NCBI GenBank assembly: GCA_030744915.1
Contig: JASLPO010000019.1
Coordinates: 28,410 to 92,409, forward strand
Source: Gammaproteobacteria bacterium
Lineage (GTDB): Bacteria; Pseudomonadota; Gammaproteobacteria; Pseudomonadales; Pseudohongiellaceae
Length of the DNA: 64,000 nt
Direction of reading: 5' to 3'
This document shows positions 41,937 to 52,193 of this stretch, in pieces. Made by a program: the position numbers and the translations under genes. Under the pieces are notes generated by a model that searched no databases, was not told the DNA's origin, and was given only the letters and a program-made list of their open reading frames with translations. How positions within the stretch are numbered: the first letter of the stretch is position 1; the number at the start of each line of letters is the position of its first letter.

Positions 41937-42317
41937 GTGTCCCCTACTTAGACCCCATTTTTTAATCACCGCAGTACTATTGTGAACTTCTTATCAACAT
42001 TGAATATTGATTCTGGATATTTACAATATGATAGATTATAGATATTACAGACCTTGGATGGTCTGAATATGTCGAGCGTTGCACTTTGCGCGCTGTTTGT
42101 ACGACTGGAAGAATTCTTATGCTCTTCAAAACAACGATCAATTAAACAACAATTCTGTTTGGTGAAAATACAAACTGTAGTTTTAGACACTAGCTCCAAT
42201 AAAGGCTGCATCCCATGGAACATTCAAATCTCCACCGATTACTTAGCTCACTGGTATTCATCTTCGTAGTTTTAGCGGCCTATGCGCCTGCACCATCATA
42301 CGCACAAACTCCTCCTC

Positions 42318-42590
42318 CCGGCGGGGATCCCTGTGCCACCGATCCCTTGAGTCAGGCATGCATTGATTCTATGAGTGGTGGCGGTGATCCAGATCCTGGT
42401 AGTGGTGACCCCGGTGGCGCTGATCCCTGTGCCACCGATCCCATGAGTCAGGCATGCATTGATTCCATGAGTGGTGGCGGTGATCCAGATCCTGGTAGTG
42501 GTGACCCCGGGGCCATGATCCCTGTGCCGCCGATCCCATGAGTCAGGAATGCCTTGATTCCAGTGGTGGAAGTGGCGATCCCAACACTCT
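42318..42590 (+). repeat. 96-bp tandem repeat (2 full units plus a diverged third) encoding DPCATDP(L/M)SQACIDSMSGGGDPDPGSGDPGG
   Basis: The gatccctgtgcc motif occurs at 42326, 42422 and 42517, giving periods of 96 then 95 nt. Confidence 0.9.
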
Positions 42591-42692
42591 CTGCGATGCT
42601 GGTAATCCTGATCCAATCTGCCAGGGTGTGGGATTCGACAATCCCTGCGAAGATGATCCGGCTTCGTGTGCGGCACCTCCTGATGTCGGTGA

Positions 42693-44075
42693 TTTGGATG
42701 GTCTCGGAGCCGATGACATTCAGAATCTGGATCCTACTGCCGTCTACGGTTTTACCGACGATCACGTGAGCGGTCTGGATCCCAGCCAGTTGGGTGATTT
42801 CACCCCTGATCAGCTCGGTAATCTGCCACCGGATGCGCTGGACAGCTTGAGCCCGGATCAACCTCAAAATATTGATCCTGCGGGATTCGGTCAGTTCTCA
42901 GACGATCAGGTTGGCGCATTGGACCCGACTGCTGTTGGCGCTTTCAGTGCCGACCAGTTAGGCGGCCTGCCAGCAGGTGCGTTTGGCGGCTTCGATGCCA
43001 CCCAGATGGATGCGCTTGATCCCACGGCCCTGGGCGGCTTATCCAGTGATCAGGTCGGTGGTTTAGATCCCACAGCAGTCGGCTCTCTGGATGCAGATCA
43101 GCTCGGCGCATTGCCAACTGATGCTATTGGCGGCTTCAGCGCTTCCCAGGCAGGTGCTCTTGACCCAACAGCCCTGGGCGGCCTGTCCAGTGATCAGCTC
43201 GGCGGCCTTGATCCCACGGCAGTTGGTGCGTTGGATGCCGACCAGTTAGGTGCATTGCCAACCGATGCATTTGGCGGCTTCAGCGCCGACCAGGCGGGCG
43301 CACTCGATCCAGCAGCTCTGGGTGGATTGGGCAGCGATCAAGTTGATAATCTTGATCCAACAGCGGTAGGCGCATTCGATGCGAACCAACTCGGTGCATT
43401 GCCGGATGATGCATTTGGAAGCCTTGATCCCTTGCAAGTTGACGCATTGGGTAGCGCTGCCCTGGGAGGCGTTAGTGCCGATCAGATCGGCAGCCTTGAT
43501 TCCACAGCCGTGGCAGCATTCGATGCCGATCAGTTGGGGGCTTAGCGGCCGATGCATTGGGCGGTTTCAATTCCAATCAGATCGATGCACTCGATCCAAC
43601 CGCCCTGGGTGGTCTATCCGATGATCAAGTTGGTGGCATTGATCCCAACGCAGTGGGTGCCCTTGACGCGCAACAACTAGGCAGCGTGCCCGCGGATGCC
43701 TTTGATGGTTTCGACAGTACTCAGGTCAGCAACCTGAATCCGACGGCACTCGGAGGGATATCGGGTGACCAACTTGGCAATATGGATCCGACAGCCATGC
43801 CGGGCTTCGATGACCAGCAGGTTGGTGCATTGCCATTGGATGCAGTAGATGATTGAAGCGCTGCTCAAATACAACAACTGCCTGCAGATGCTGTAGGTGG
43901 TTTTACTCCTGAACAGTTTGATTGGCTACCGACCGATACTGTGGGTGCTTTGGTTGGAGACCAAATTGGCGGACTTGATAGCCAGGTGCTCGGTGCCCTC
44001 GATCCAACCGACATTGGAAAACTTGACACCGAAGAAATTCAGAACATGGACGGCGACGACTTCGGTCGCTTTGTG
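42693..44075 (+). repeat. array of ~28 degenerate 48-bp (16-aa) coding repeats, partly organised as 144-bp super-repeats
   Basis: Consensus [DP]-P-T-A-[LV]-G-[GA]-[LF]-[SD]-x-D-Q-[LV]-G-[GA]-L. For example, 43013-43156 and 43157-43300 are about 80% identical at the DNA level. Confidence 0.9.
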
Positions 44076-45314
44076 ACTAATCTGGATCCCAGCACGGTAG
44101 ACCCGTCAGATGTTGATGGCTTGCTACCCCAGGGCTGGGAGATTGATGCAGGCACCGGTGATCTGACACCGCCTGAGGGTCCGATTGCACTCAAGGCTGT
44201 TGCACCGGCAGAAGAAGAGGGTGTGACTTTACCGGAAATACCAGACCTCAGTGCCAGTTTTGGACTGGGCGGAACGGGTAGCGGTGGTTCCGTACTCAAT
44301 GATATGGAAGAAGCCCTCGATGACAGTGTGCCCGGCTTCGACATGACCCAGCAGTCTAATGGCTTCATTACTCTCGCCGCTGAAGGTTCAGACCCCAATC
44401 AGCCTGCGGCTGCCCTGCTTCCAGATGCAGGCAGCGTCACTCAAGCCCCCGAGGGCGCGCCGGCTGGAATTAGCTTCGATGAAGGTGGCACGCCAATCCT
44501 CACTACAGATGACGGTAAACAGGTGACCTTGCAAGCTACACTCGCCAATCCCGAAGAAGTGAAAGAAGTGCTGCCAGGGGCTGAAGTCGAGGTTAACGAC
44601 GACGGTGGTGTAAAGCTGGAACTTCCTGATACGGCCAGCGGCAATGGCCTGACCGGCGGTCAGACACTGGTAGGCACACCGAGTCCTTTTGTTGAGGAAT
44701 CGGATAAGGCTCCGGGTGTTTACCGCGAAGAGGATGCAAACGGTGACGAGACAGTAACCGTTGTCAATCAGGACGGTACCGCCCAGACATTGACGCCGAC
44801 TATTAATAACGCCGACGAGTTCATCAATACAGCCCAGCAGATTGATGGCGTGGATTCTGTGACTAAAAATTTCGATGGCAGCCTGACTGTGGAGACGGGC
44901 GGTACAACATTAACGGTTAAGCCCAGTTTGGAGCTAGTCGATACTTCATCGAATACTGACAAGCCTGAATCAGGTATCAGCGTGGATCAAGACAGCGGCA
45001 GTCTTACCTGGACCGATGACAATGGTCTGACCCAAACTTTTAAAGTGGTCGACTCAGACAATAACGTCGTGGCAGGCAATGATCTGGACACCTCTAGTGT
45101 CCATGGCTCAGAAGCTGATTGCGCAGCGGGTTTTAGCTTAGATTCAACAACGCTGGAGTGTGTGGCAGATAGTAGTCCCCAGTAGTCAAGCTCTGACAAT
45201 GCGAGTGATTCATTTGCCGCATCGATGGAGACGGAATACCCAATCAAGACGCCATGGATGGTGATGGAGTAGGGGATGAGTGCCGCAAAAAAAATGGGAT
45301 CAAAAATCCCTGGG

Positions 45315-45397
45315 GGGTCAAATCTTTTATGTTAGCGAATGGTCGAGCTGAAGCGTGATGAGATGCTAACAAGAAAGACCTGGCCCCTTCAGTGGCC
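45315..45397 (+). repeat. right copy of ~82-bp direct repeat
   Basis: ggggtcaaatcttttatgttagcgaatggtcgagctgaagcgtgatgagatgctaacaagaaagacctggccccttcagtggcc lies between the repeat-protein stop and the stop of the convergent monooxygenase gene. Confidence 0.8.
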
Positions 45398-45404
45398 CCA
45401 AGAT

Positions 45405-46613
45405 TTAACGCTGCAACAAAGTCGGCAATATTAAATTAAGCTGATTTTTTGTCATCAGCTTCTGGGTAATTGCCCATTTGACCGGCGGCAGATTGTTGCT
45501 CAGGCGTAACGCGGCCTTGCGCAACAACGTGGCAGGCAGGCTGTCGTTGGTAAACAGTGACACGATGGAATTGGTGCCGTGGTAAAGCGGGCGCGTGGAC
45601 AGCATATGTTTTCGTTGATAGCGGGACAGGGCGTCCGGATGCCAGAAATCCCGACCCTGAGATAGCGAGTTCAAAATTTCGCCGGCAAGTAAATCCTGGC
45701 CGCTTAAGCCGAGATTAAATCCATGGGCAGTAACAGGGTGCATGCCAACAGCTGCATCACCGACCAAAGCAAACCGTCGTGCAAAAAACCGATTGGCGTG
45801 CACACCGACCAGTGGATAGGGATACCGCTTGCCTTTTTGTTGCATCGCACCGAGTCGTCCATTCAGGCGTTCCTCGATATCCTGGTTATAGGCAGCGCGT
45901 TTCATATCGAGAATCGCCTCAGCCTGGTCGGTGGCGGCGGTGACGACGATGGAGGACATGTCGCCGGGCATGGGCAAGACGGCGAGGGTACGCCCGTAGT
46001 GAAAACATTCGAAAGCGGTCTGCTGGTGGCTCAGTGCATGTTTCATCCAGCAGACAATCGCGGTTCGGCCAAAGTCGTATAAGTCCGATGAAATACCCAT
46101 CTGTCGGCGTGACGCGGAAAAGCGTGTATCGGCAGCCACGATCATCGAGCTTCGTATGCTGTCACCCGAGGCCAGGGATACTGTAGCACCGCTGTCGTCG
46201 CTGGAAACCTGGCTAACCTCGGTAGCATCGATCAGCGTCGCATTTTCGAGTGTATCGAATTCTTTGAAAATTGCTTTGCGGATTCGGAAGTTGGATATCA
46301 GGAAGCCGAGTGCATCGGTATCGTCTGAGGGAGTGTTGAAATCGAGCGTGTAGGGTGAATCACCATCAATCACCTCGGCCCTTTGAATCGGAGATATCTG
46401 GCGTGAATCGATGTGCTGCCAGCTGCCCTGTTGCTGCATCAGCTTGCGTGACAAATGGGTGAGGGCAATGTCGCGGCCATCCGTCGGCGGGTCGGCCAGT
46501 AATTCACGGCTCTGTTTCTCGATAACTGCTATGTTCAGCCCGCTGTCACGCAAAGAACAGGCAAAGCTTAAACCGCTGGGTCCCGCGCCGATGATGGCAA
46601 GATCGTAATCCAT
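45405..46613 (-). CDS. FAD-dependent monooxygenase, UbiH/UbiF/VisC/COQ6 family
   Basis: MDYDLAIIGAGPSGLSFA dinucleotide-binding N-terminus and a late GDAAVGMHPVTAHGFNLG motif. 402 aa. Confidence 0.85.
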   Translation of the reverse strand: MDYDLAIIGAGPSGLSFACSLRDSGLNIAVIEKQSRELLADPPTDGRDIALTHLSRKLMQQQGSWQHIDSRQISPIQRAEVIDGDSPYTLDFNTPSDDTDALGFLISNFRIRKAIFKEFDTLENATLIDATEVSQVSSDDSGATVSLASGDSIRSSMIVAADTRFSASRRQMGISSDLYDFGRTAIVCWMKHALSHQQTAFECFHYGRTLAVLPMPGDMSSIVVTAATDQAEAILDMKRAAYNQDIEERLNGRLGAMQQKGKRYPYPLVGVHANRFFARRFALVGDAAVGMHPVTAHGFNLGLSGQDLLAGEILNSLSQGRDFWHPDALSRYQRKHMLSTRPLYHGTNSIVSLFTNDSLPATLLRKAALRLSNNLPPVKWAITQKLMTKNQLNLILPTLLQR

Positions 46614-46889
46614 TAATACTCAGTAATGCTTGAGGAAAAGCACAGCTTGGCCACAGTTTTGATTGACCATAATGATCTGGGTCAAACCGGGTGAAGATAA
46701 AATGCCCGCTGCATCGCGGTCCTGGCGATGATGAATCAATTCTTTTCCTCCCAGTATAAGCGGGGCGTTAGTCCAATAACCGCTGTACAGCTTCATTTAA
46801 GAGATCGTAGCCTATTTGCTTGAGAGATCTTGCCTGCTTGTCGTACTGCATCTGTCGCCGCCGCAGACCGAGTCTTTCGAGTGGATAGA

Positions 46890-48254
46890 CTAATCCGGCG
46901 CTCTGGCGAAATCTTCCCGAATGGTTTGGGTAGCCAGATAATAATGTACTGCGCACCAGATATTCACCAACACGGTTATCGACATGGCATAGCGTAGCGC
47001 ATCATCACCGTAGGACGGTGTGAGGAAGTCACTGACAAATCCCGTCATCATTGGTCCCAGGCCCAGGCCAATTAGATTCAGTACGAATAACAGAATCGCC
47101 GAGGCCATGGCCCGCATGCGAATGCCCACCAGAAAATGTGTCGAAGCGATGCAGGGGGCGAGATACCAGCCGCCGAAGAACACCGGGAGAAAATAGGAAT
47201 ACACTGCCAGATACGCATCGGGCATGATTAGAAAGGTGTTTAAAGCCAAGGGTATTGCCAGTACTGTTGAGATAAGGGGTATCCACACGTACCAGGCCTT
47301 GTCACCGGTTTTCCTGGTCATCCGGTCTGACGCCCAGCCACCAAAGAAGGTACCCGCCAGGCCGCCAATTCCTGCGATCATGCCATAGTACCAGCCGATA
47401 TCCAGGATCGGCATGCCATGTACGCGCCCCAGAAACAATGGCATGAAGTTGCCCATGCCATAGGTAACGAAGGCGTGCAGAGCGCAGGCGAAGGAGAGAT
47501 GTCGAAAGGATTTTCGTTCCCAGAGAAATCCCATTACGCGGAAGAAACCCGGTGGCGCGACATCTTTGCGTGCTTCCGCCATCCCCCTGGGTGGTTCCTT
47601 GATAACAAACCGCACCAGCAGCGCTAGGAATATTCCGGGTAGACCAACCACGATGAAGGCGGTTCGCCAGTTAAAAAACTGCACCAGATAGGCACCGCCC
47701 ACCGTGCCCACCAGGATTCCGCCATACACGCCCAAGGAATAGATGGAGAGCGCTGTAGCACGCTGTTCGGCGGGAAAGATATCGGAAACGATGGAATGGG
47801 ACGGTGGTGAACCCCCGGCTTCACCCACCCCAACCCCGAAGCGTGCCAGGAATAGCTGGGTAAAGTTCTGGGCCGCTCCGCAGAGGGCGGTCATCAGGCT
47901 CCAGATGGTAACGGAGATAGCGATGATATTGCGTCGATTACTAATATCAGCCCAACGGGCAATAGGTATTCCCAGGGTCGTGTAGATGCAGGCGAAGGCC
48001 AGTCCGGACAGCATGCCGAATTGTCCATCGGTGATATTCAGGTCTTCAATGATGTACTGGGCCAGCACATTGATGACCTGACGATCGACGAAATTTGAAA
48101 TGTAAACTGTGGTGAGAATCCCCAATACCAGGTATCGGTAGTACGGTCTCTTGTACGCCTGCAAGTTAGCGGAGTCCTGATTTGGCCCAGCGGTGTCAGA
48201 GTCGCTGGAAACCGGTAGACCGTCTTCCGTAGTGCTTTCGCTATCCGTGACCAT
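46890..48254 (-). CDS. MFS transporter (Spinster-like subfamily)
   Basis: Trimmed to the ATG at 48252-48254, which has a gaagg SD. 12 predicted TM helices and an MFS motif around GIPIARWADISNRRN. Confidence 0.85.
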   Translation of the reverse strand: MVTDSESTTEDGLPVSSDSDTAGPNQDSANLQAYKRPYYRYLVLGILTTVYISNFVDRQVINVLAQYIIEDLNITDGQFGMLSGLAFACIYTTLGIPIARWADISNRRNIIAISVTIWSLMTALCGAAQNFTQLFLARFGVGVGEAGGSPPSHSIVSDIFPAEQRATALSIYSLGVYGGILVGTVGGAYLVQFFNWRTAFIVVGLPGIFLALLVRFVIKEPPRGMAEARKDVAPPGFFRVMGFLWERKSFRHLSFACALHAFVTYGMGNFMPLFLGRVHGMPILDIGWYYGMIAGIGGLAGTFFGGWASDRMTRKTGDKAWYVWIPLISTVLAIPLALNTFLIMPDAYLAVYSYFLPVFFGGWYLAPCIASTHFLVGIRMRAMASAILLFVLNLIGLGLGPMMTGFVSDFLTPSYGDDALRYAMSITVLVNIWCAVHYYLATQTIREDFARAPD

Positions 48255-48477
48255 ACTGCCGGCCTTCTTGTTATTTGTTTTGTAGTGGAGACTGACGCAT
48301 GAAAACATGTATTCGCTGGCCAGTCTACGAATCTACACAGTACTCAGTTTGGTTCATTCCTGTGCAGAGTTCGTGGGGGCTTCCTCACACGGAGCTAGCG
48401 CCAGTACCTTCTCCAGCAGGCGGCCAATGGCTCGGCTATTTGTAATTCACTGCGCGTGACTCCATAATCCCGTGCCC

Positions 48478-49416
48478 ATGGATGCCACTGCTGAACCCAT
48501 TCTTACCGTAACGGATCTTAACAAGACTTATTCTGACGGTTTTCAAGCGTTGAAAAACATCAACCTGGAAATCCAAAAGGGCGAGATCATCGCGCTATTG
48601 GGGCCGAATGGTGCAGGTAAAACAACACTGATATCCACGATTTGTGGCATCGTACGACCCAGTTCGGGGGCAGTGACTGTAGCCGGTTACGACATCATCA
48701 GAGATTTCCGCAAGACCCGTTCATTGATTGGCCTGGTTCCCCAGGAGCTGACCACTGACTCTTTCGAGTCCGTGTTGAATACACTGACATTCAGCCGTGG
48801 CCTGTTTGGTAAGGCACCCGATGCTGGGCATCTGGAGAGAGTGCTCAAGGCGTTGTCTCTGTGGGAAAAGAAAGACAATATGATTCTCACGCTATCTGGC
48901 GGCATGAAGCGTCGGGTACTTATCGCCAAGGCGCTGGCTCACGAACCCTCCATTCTGTTCCTCGATGAACCGACGGCCGGGGTTGACGTCACCCTGCGCA
49001 AAGACATGTGGAAGATCGTCAATGAGCTTAGGGATGAAGAGGTAACGATTATTCTCACCACACACTATATCGAAGAGGCAGAAGAAATTGCCGATCGGAT
49101 CGGAGTGATCAATAAGGGCGAGCTGATTCTGGTTGAAGAAAAAACCAAGTTGATGCGCAAGCTTGGCAAGAAGCAGCTGCACCTGGACTTGAGTGAGACT
49201 GTAGAGCACATCCCGGCGAGTTTGTCAGCATACGACCTGGAGCTATCGGCGGAGGGGGATCAGTTGATTTACACGTTTGATACCCGGGGTGAGCATACCG
49301 GCATAACGGCTTTGTTGGATGACCTGAAGCTGGCGAACATTCGATTTCGCGATCTCAATACGACTCAGAGCTCACTGGAAGAGATATTCGTCAACCTGGT
49401 TAAGGAATCAAACTGA
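48478..49416 (+). CDS. ABC transporter ATP-binding protein (ABC-2/YadG-like)
   Basis: Walker [10 protein letters not shown], signature LSGGMKRR and Walker [13 protein letters not shown] at 48472 is an alternative start. Confidence 0.9.
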   Translation: MDATAEPILTVTDLNKTYSDGFQALKNINLEIQKGEIIALLGPNGAGKTTLISTICGIVRPSSGAVTVAGYDIIRDFRKTRSLIGLVPQELTTDSFESVLNTLTFSRGLFGKAPDAGHLERVLKALSLWEKKDNMILTLSGGMKRRVLIAKALAHEPSILFLDEPTAGVDVTLRKDMWKIVNELRDEEVTIILTTHYIEEAEEIADRIGVINKGELILVEEKTKLMRKLGKKQLHLDLSETVEHIPASLSAYDLELSAEGDQLIYTFDTRGEHTGITALLDDLKLANIRFRDLNTTQSSLEEIFVNLVKESN

Positions 49417-49438
49417 GGAAAATGGCGAGAGGACTTTA

Positions 49439-50200
49439 ATGAATATCTACGGTGTGCTGGCAATTTACAAGTTTGAGATGGCGCGCACTCGGCGCACCCT
49501 GGTACAGAGTATCGTGGCGCCGGTAATCAGCACGTCGCTATATTTTGTCGTTTTCGGTGCCGCGATTGGTTCGCGAATTCAACAGGTGGAGGGAGTGAGC
49601 TACGGTGCGTTCATCGTGCCTGGGTTGATTATGCTGAACTTACTGATGAACAGCATCTCAAATGCATCTTTCGGAATTTACTTTCCCAAGTTTGCAGGAA
49701 CCGTATATGAAGTGCTCTCCGCTCCGGTCTCCACCATGGAAGTTGTGTTAGGGTATGTTGGCGCCGCGGCAACCAAATCGATTATATTGGGATTGATCAT
49801 ACTCGCGACGGCTGCGTTTTTCATCGATCTGAACATAGCCCACCCTATCGTCATGATGCTATTTATCCTGCTGACAGCCGCGTCGTTCAGTCTGCTGGGT
49901 TTTATCCTGGGTATTTGGGCAGACAACTTTGAGAAGCTCTCTGTCGTACCGGCGCTGATAATAACACCGCTTGTGTTTCTGGGCGGCAGTTTCTATTCAA
50001 CCGATATGTTACCGCCACTATGGCAATCGATCTCATTATTTAATCCGGTACTCTACCTGGTGAGCGGATTACGATGGAGTTTCTATGAAATTGCCGAGGT
50101 GAATGTGATAGTGAGCCTGGCGAGTATCCTGGCGTTTATGTTTGCCTGTCTGGGTGTGGTGTATTACATGTTTCGAACGGGTTACAAGCTACGATCCTGA
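49439..50200 (+). CDS. ABC-2 type transporter permease (YadH-like)
   Basis: 253 aa with 6 TM helices, immediately downstream of the ATPase. Confidence 0.85.
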   Translation: MNIYGVLAIYKFEMARTRRTLVQSIVAPVISTSLYFVVFGAAIGSRIQQVEGVSYGAFIVPGLIMLNLLMNSISNASFGIYFPKFAGTVYEVLSAPVSTMEVVLGYVGAAATKSIILGLIILATAAFFIDLNIAHPIVMMLFILLTAASFSLLGFILGIWADNFEKLSVVPALIITPLVFLGGSFYSTDMLPPLWQSISLFNPVLYLVSGLRWSFYEIAEVNVIVSLASILAFMFACLGVVYYMFRTGYKLRS

Positions 50201-50213
50201 TGAACAGGGTCGC

Positions 50214-51197
50214 TCACTGGCGTCTCTCACCACCGTATAGCATTTCCATACTCGCGCCCGCCGCATTGTAGTACATGCCCGGACCATCTCGCTCACCCCT
50301 TACCCAAGGACCGACATAGCGATCTCCATTATTGAAGAAATAGGTTCCGTAGCCGTGTATACGGTCATTACTGAAGCCACCTTCGAAACGATTGCCATTG
50401 GCATAGAAAAATGTACCCTGGCCGTTCATTTGATCGGATTGCCACTGTCCTTCGTAACGGTCGCCGTTGGCCCAGTACTTGGTGCCATTGCCATGTTGTT
50501 CGCCGTTTCGCCACATGCTGGTGTAGCGGTTCTCGTTGGCCCAGGTGTAGGTGCCCTGGCCGTTGCGTTCGTTATTTTGAAATTCTCCCTCGTAACGATT
50601 GCCATTTGCCCAGTTAAAGGTGCCCTGACCATTCTGTAAGCCATCGCGCCACTGGCCCTCGTAACGATCGCCATTACTGAAAGAGTAAACCCCATGACCA
50701 TTGTGCTGATCGGCTTCCCAGTTGCCTTCGTAGACATCACCGTTTAGAAAGGTATAGCTACCTTGCCTGTATCTCCGGTCGTTTCGAAATTGCCCGACAA
50801 AGCGGTCACCATTGAAACGAGTCAGTACTCCCTGCCCGTTACGTTGACCATTGCGAAATTGCCCTTCGAATCGGTCTCCATTTGCAAAGCTGTAGATGCC
50901 GCGGCCGTTCTTCTGATCATTGCTGAATGAGCCGTCATAACGATCGCCGTTGCTGAGAATGAGCGTACCCCGACCCTGGAAGACATTATTCTGGCATTGG
51001 TCTTCATAGCGATTACCGTCAGACCACCGATAAACACCTGAACCACTGACACAACTACCACGTAACCAGCCATTGTCGGCGGCTTCTGAAGGAATAGAAA
51101 TTATCAGCACGAGGAAAGTCAGCAGGGATGTGCCAATCAGCAGCAATCGATCATTCATTTTGGATTCATCGTTGTTGGCATGGTTTGTTCGATCCAT
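50214..51197 (-). CDS. secreted/membrane-anchored MORN repeat protein (about 12 repeats)
   Basis: Repeated Y-x-G-x-W/F-x-x-G-x-x-x-G-x-G (for example GDRYEGQWRDGLQNGQGTF) throughout, with an N-terminal hydrophobic segment. The start is either 51197 or 51158. Confidence 0.8.
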   Translation of the reverse strand: MDRTNHANNDESKMNDRLLLIGTSLLTFLVLIISIPSEAADNGWLRGSCVSGSGVYRWSDGNRYEDQCQNNVFQGRGTLILSNGDRYDGSFSNDQKNGRGIYSFANGDRFEGQFRNGQRNGQGVLTRFNGDRFVGQFRNDRRYRQGSYTFLNGDVYEGNWEADQHNGHGVYSFSNGDRYEGQWRDGLQNGQGTFNWANGNRYEGEFQNNERNGQGTYTWANENRYTSMWRNGEQHGNGTKYWANGDRYEGQWQSDQMNGQGTFFYANGNRFEGGFSNDRIHGYGTYFFNNGDRYVGPWVRGERDGPGMYYNAAGASMEMLYGGERRQ

Positions 51198-51314
51198 TAT
51201 AGCGATTCAAGGGTTGAAAAATTGGTACTACTTGGCATTTTTAACGATTTGATCTAAGCAATTTATCGCTCTTTTTCTAAATTCAGTCCTTGTGGTCGGT
51301 AAACAACCAGCTCT

Positions 51315-51854
51315 TCAGCGTAATGTACCTGCACCGCTGAAACTGTCGGCAAATAGCACCCGCTTACTGATTCGCCAGCCATCCTGGGTCTTGCGCCAGG
51401 TGTTTCGGTATATGCCAGAACTGGCGATAGTGGCAGTTCGGTCGTTGGCGGTCTGGTGAGTTATCAGCGCCATATTCTCTGTGACTGCGGTTTGTCCAGT
51501 CAGTTCCAGAAACACCAGACCCGAGAAGTGATGGCGGGTCTGGCGGTCCGCCAGTCTGCCTTCATGAGACTGCCGAGCGTATTGGTAGATCGCTGGTTTT
51601 CCGACGACGCGGGAATTTTCTACCGGGGCGCCCTCTCGCCAGCGCTCCATGATGCCATCCTCAGTAAACAGCTCCGCAAACCCAGTGGCATCTTTCGAAT
51701 CCCAGCGGTAGGAATACTCGGCGAGCATTTCGGCGATAGCAATTCGGTCGCTGAATGTGGATAGATCATCCGCTGTCACAGAAATTGGATGGCTTAAAAG
51801 CAATGCCATCAGCAAGGTATAATGAGCACGCTGAAGTAGTGGAGTGTTCGCCAT
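51315..51854 (-). CDS. secreted NTF2-fold (SnoaL-like) protein, paralogue 1
   Basis: 179 aa with a signal peptide. It is about 80% identical at the protein level to the product of 53036-53563 (shared HEGRLADRQTRHHFSGLVFLEL). Confidence 0.7.
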   Translation of the reverse strand: MANTPLLQRAHYTLLMALLLSHPISVTADDLSTFSDRIAIAEMLAEYSYRWDSKDATGFAELFTEDGIMERWREGAPVENSRVVGKPAIYQYARQSHEGRLADRQTRHHFSGLVFLELTGQTAVTENMALITHQTANDRTATIASSGIYRNTWRKTQDGWRISKRVLFADSFSGAGTLR

Positions 51855-52193
51855 GATTTAATCCCCTGAGTCGAGACGCTCAAGCATAACAAGCTAACCG
51901 GAGATTTTCAGAGGATCCTCATGATCTGCAGGAGAAAAAGCCCCTTTGCACAGCCACCCCGGAGTTGAAGAAATCTATGTCATTCGAGGAGAATTTGCCG
52001 ACGAACAGGGCAATATCGAGCCGGAACCTGGCTGTGCTGTCCTCGCGGCAGTGCGCATACGCCGCACGAAGTAGTAGACTCTCTGTTGTGGGTGAGAGCG
52101 GGTCATTTGTGCGCAGGCCACTGACCGACACCACAATAATTTCTTGTAACTGAAATACCTGATAGGCACTGTTTTCGTGCCAAGGAGAATGCC

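Larger units (their letters stand above)
42215..45185 (+). pseudogene. disrupted gene for a ~990-aa secreted acidic repeat protein (3 Cys-containing 32-aa repeats, ~28 sixteen-residue repeats, Thr/Asp-rich C-terminal domain)
   Basis: Four consecutive ORF-track ORFs (42215-42541, 42538-43545, 43557-43856, 43941-45185) continue one repeat register. The frame steps 2 to 1 to 0, then crosses an in-frame TGA at 43854-43856. The N-terminus has a signal peptide (LVFIFVVLAAYAPAPSYAQ). Confidence 0.75.

Noticed and set aside
41966-42223. 85-aa minus-strand ORF in the AT-rich leader of the cassette
   Set aside because: Lies in 34%-GC DNA, where long ORFs arise by chance. It has no SD, odd composition, and overlaps the plus-strand start at 42215.
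42296-43557. Several minus-strand ORFs (42296-42676, 42448-42867, 43246-43557) and the plus-strand alternative-frame ORFs 42554-42769 and 43379-43624
   Set aside because: These frames stay open only because of the low-complexity periodic coding repeat. They have no starts with an SD, and their composition mirrors the sense-strand repeats.
42505-43856. Programmed -1 ribosomal frameshifting or TGA recoding to explain the broken repeat-protein gene
   Set aside because: Neither shift site has an X-XXY-YYZ slippery heptamer in the zero frame. No obvious downstream pseudoknot or SECIS-like hairpin was seen. TGA is used as a normal stop elsewhere, for example at the histidine phosphatase gene ending at 3157. 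Mutation or assembly error is the simpler explanation.
42693-44075. Periodic 48-bp repeats considered as a possible CRISPR array
   Set aside because: There is no alternation of conserved repeats with unique spacers. All units are degenerate copies of each other, in one reading frame, encoding a coherent peptide repeat. No cas genes are present.
41855-45397. Flanking 82-bp elements considered as integron attC sites
   Set aside because: The hairpin ends read GTTAGC...GCTAAC rather than the attC order RYYYAAC...GTTRRRY. No intI, attI or cassette array is nearby.
46768-46956. 62-aa minus-strand ORF spanning the MFS gene 3' end and the downstream intergenic region
   Set aside because: It starts inside the MFS coding sequence in another frame. 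Only a 27-aa portion lies outside, and that portion has no SD.
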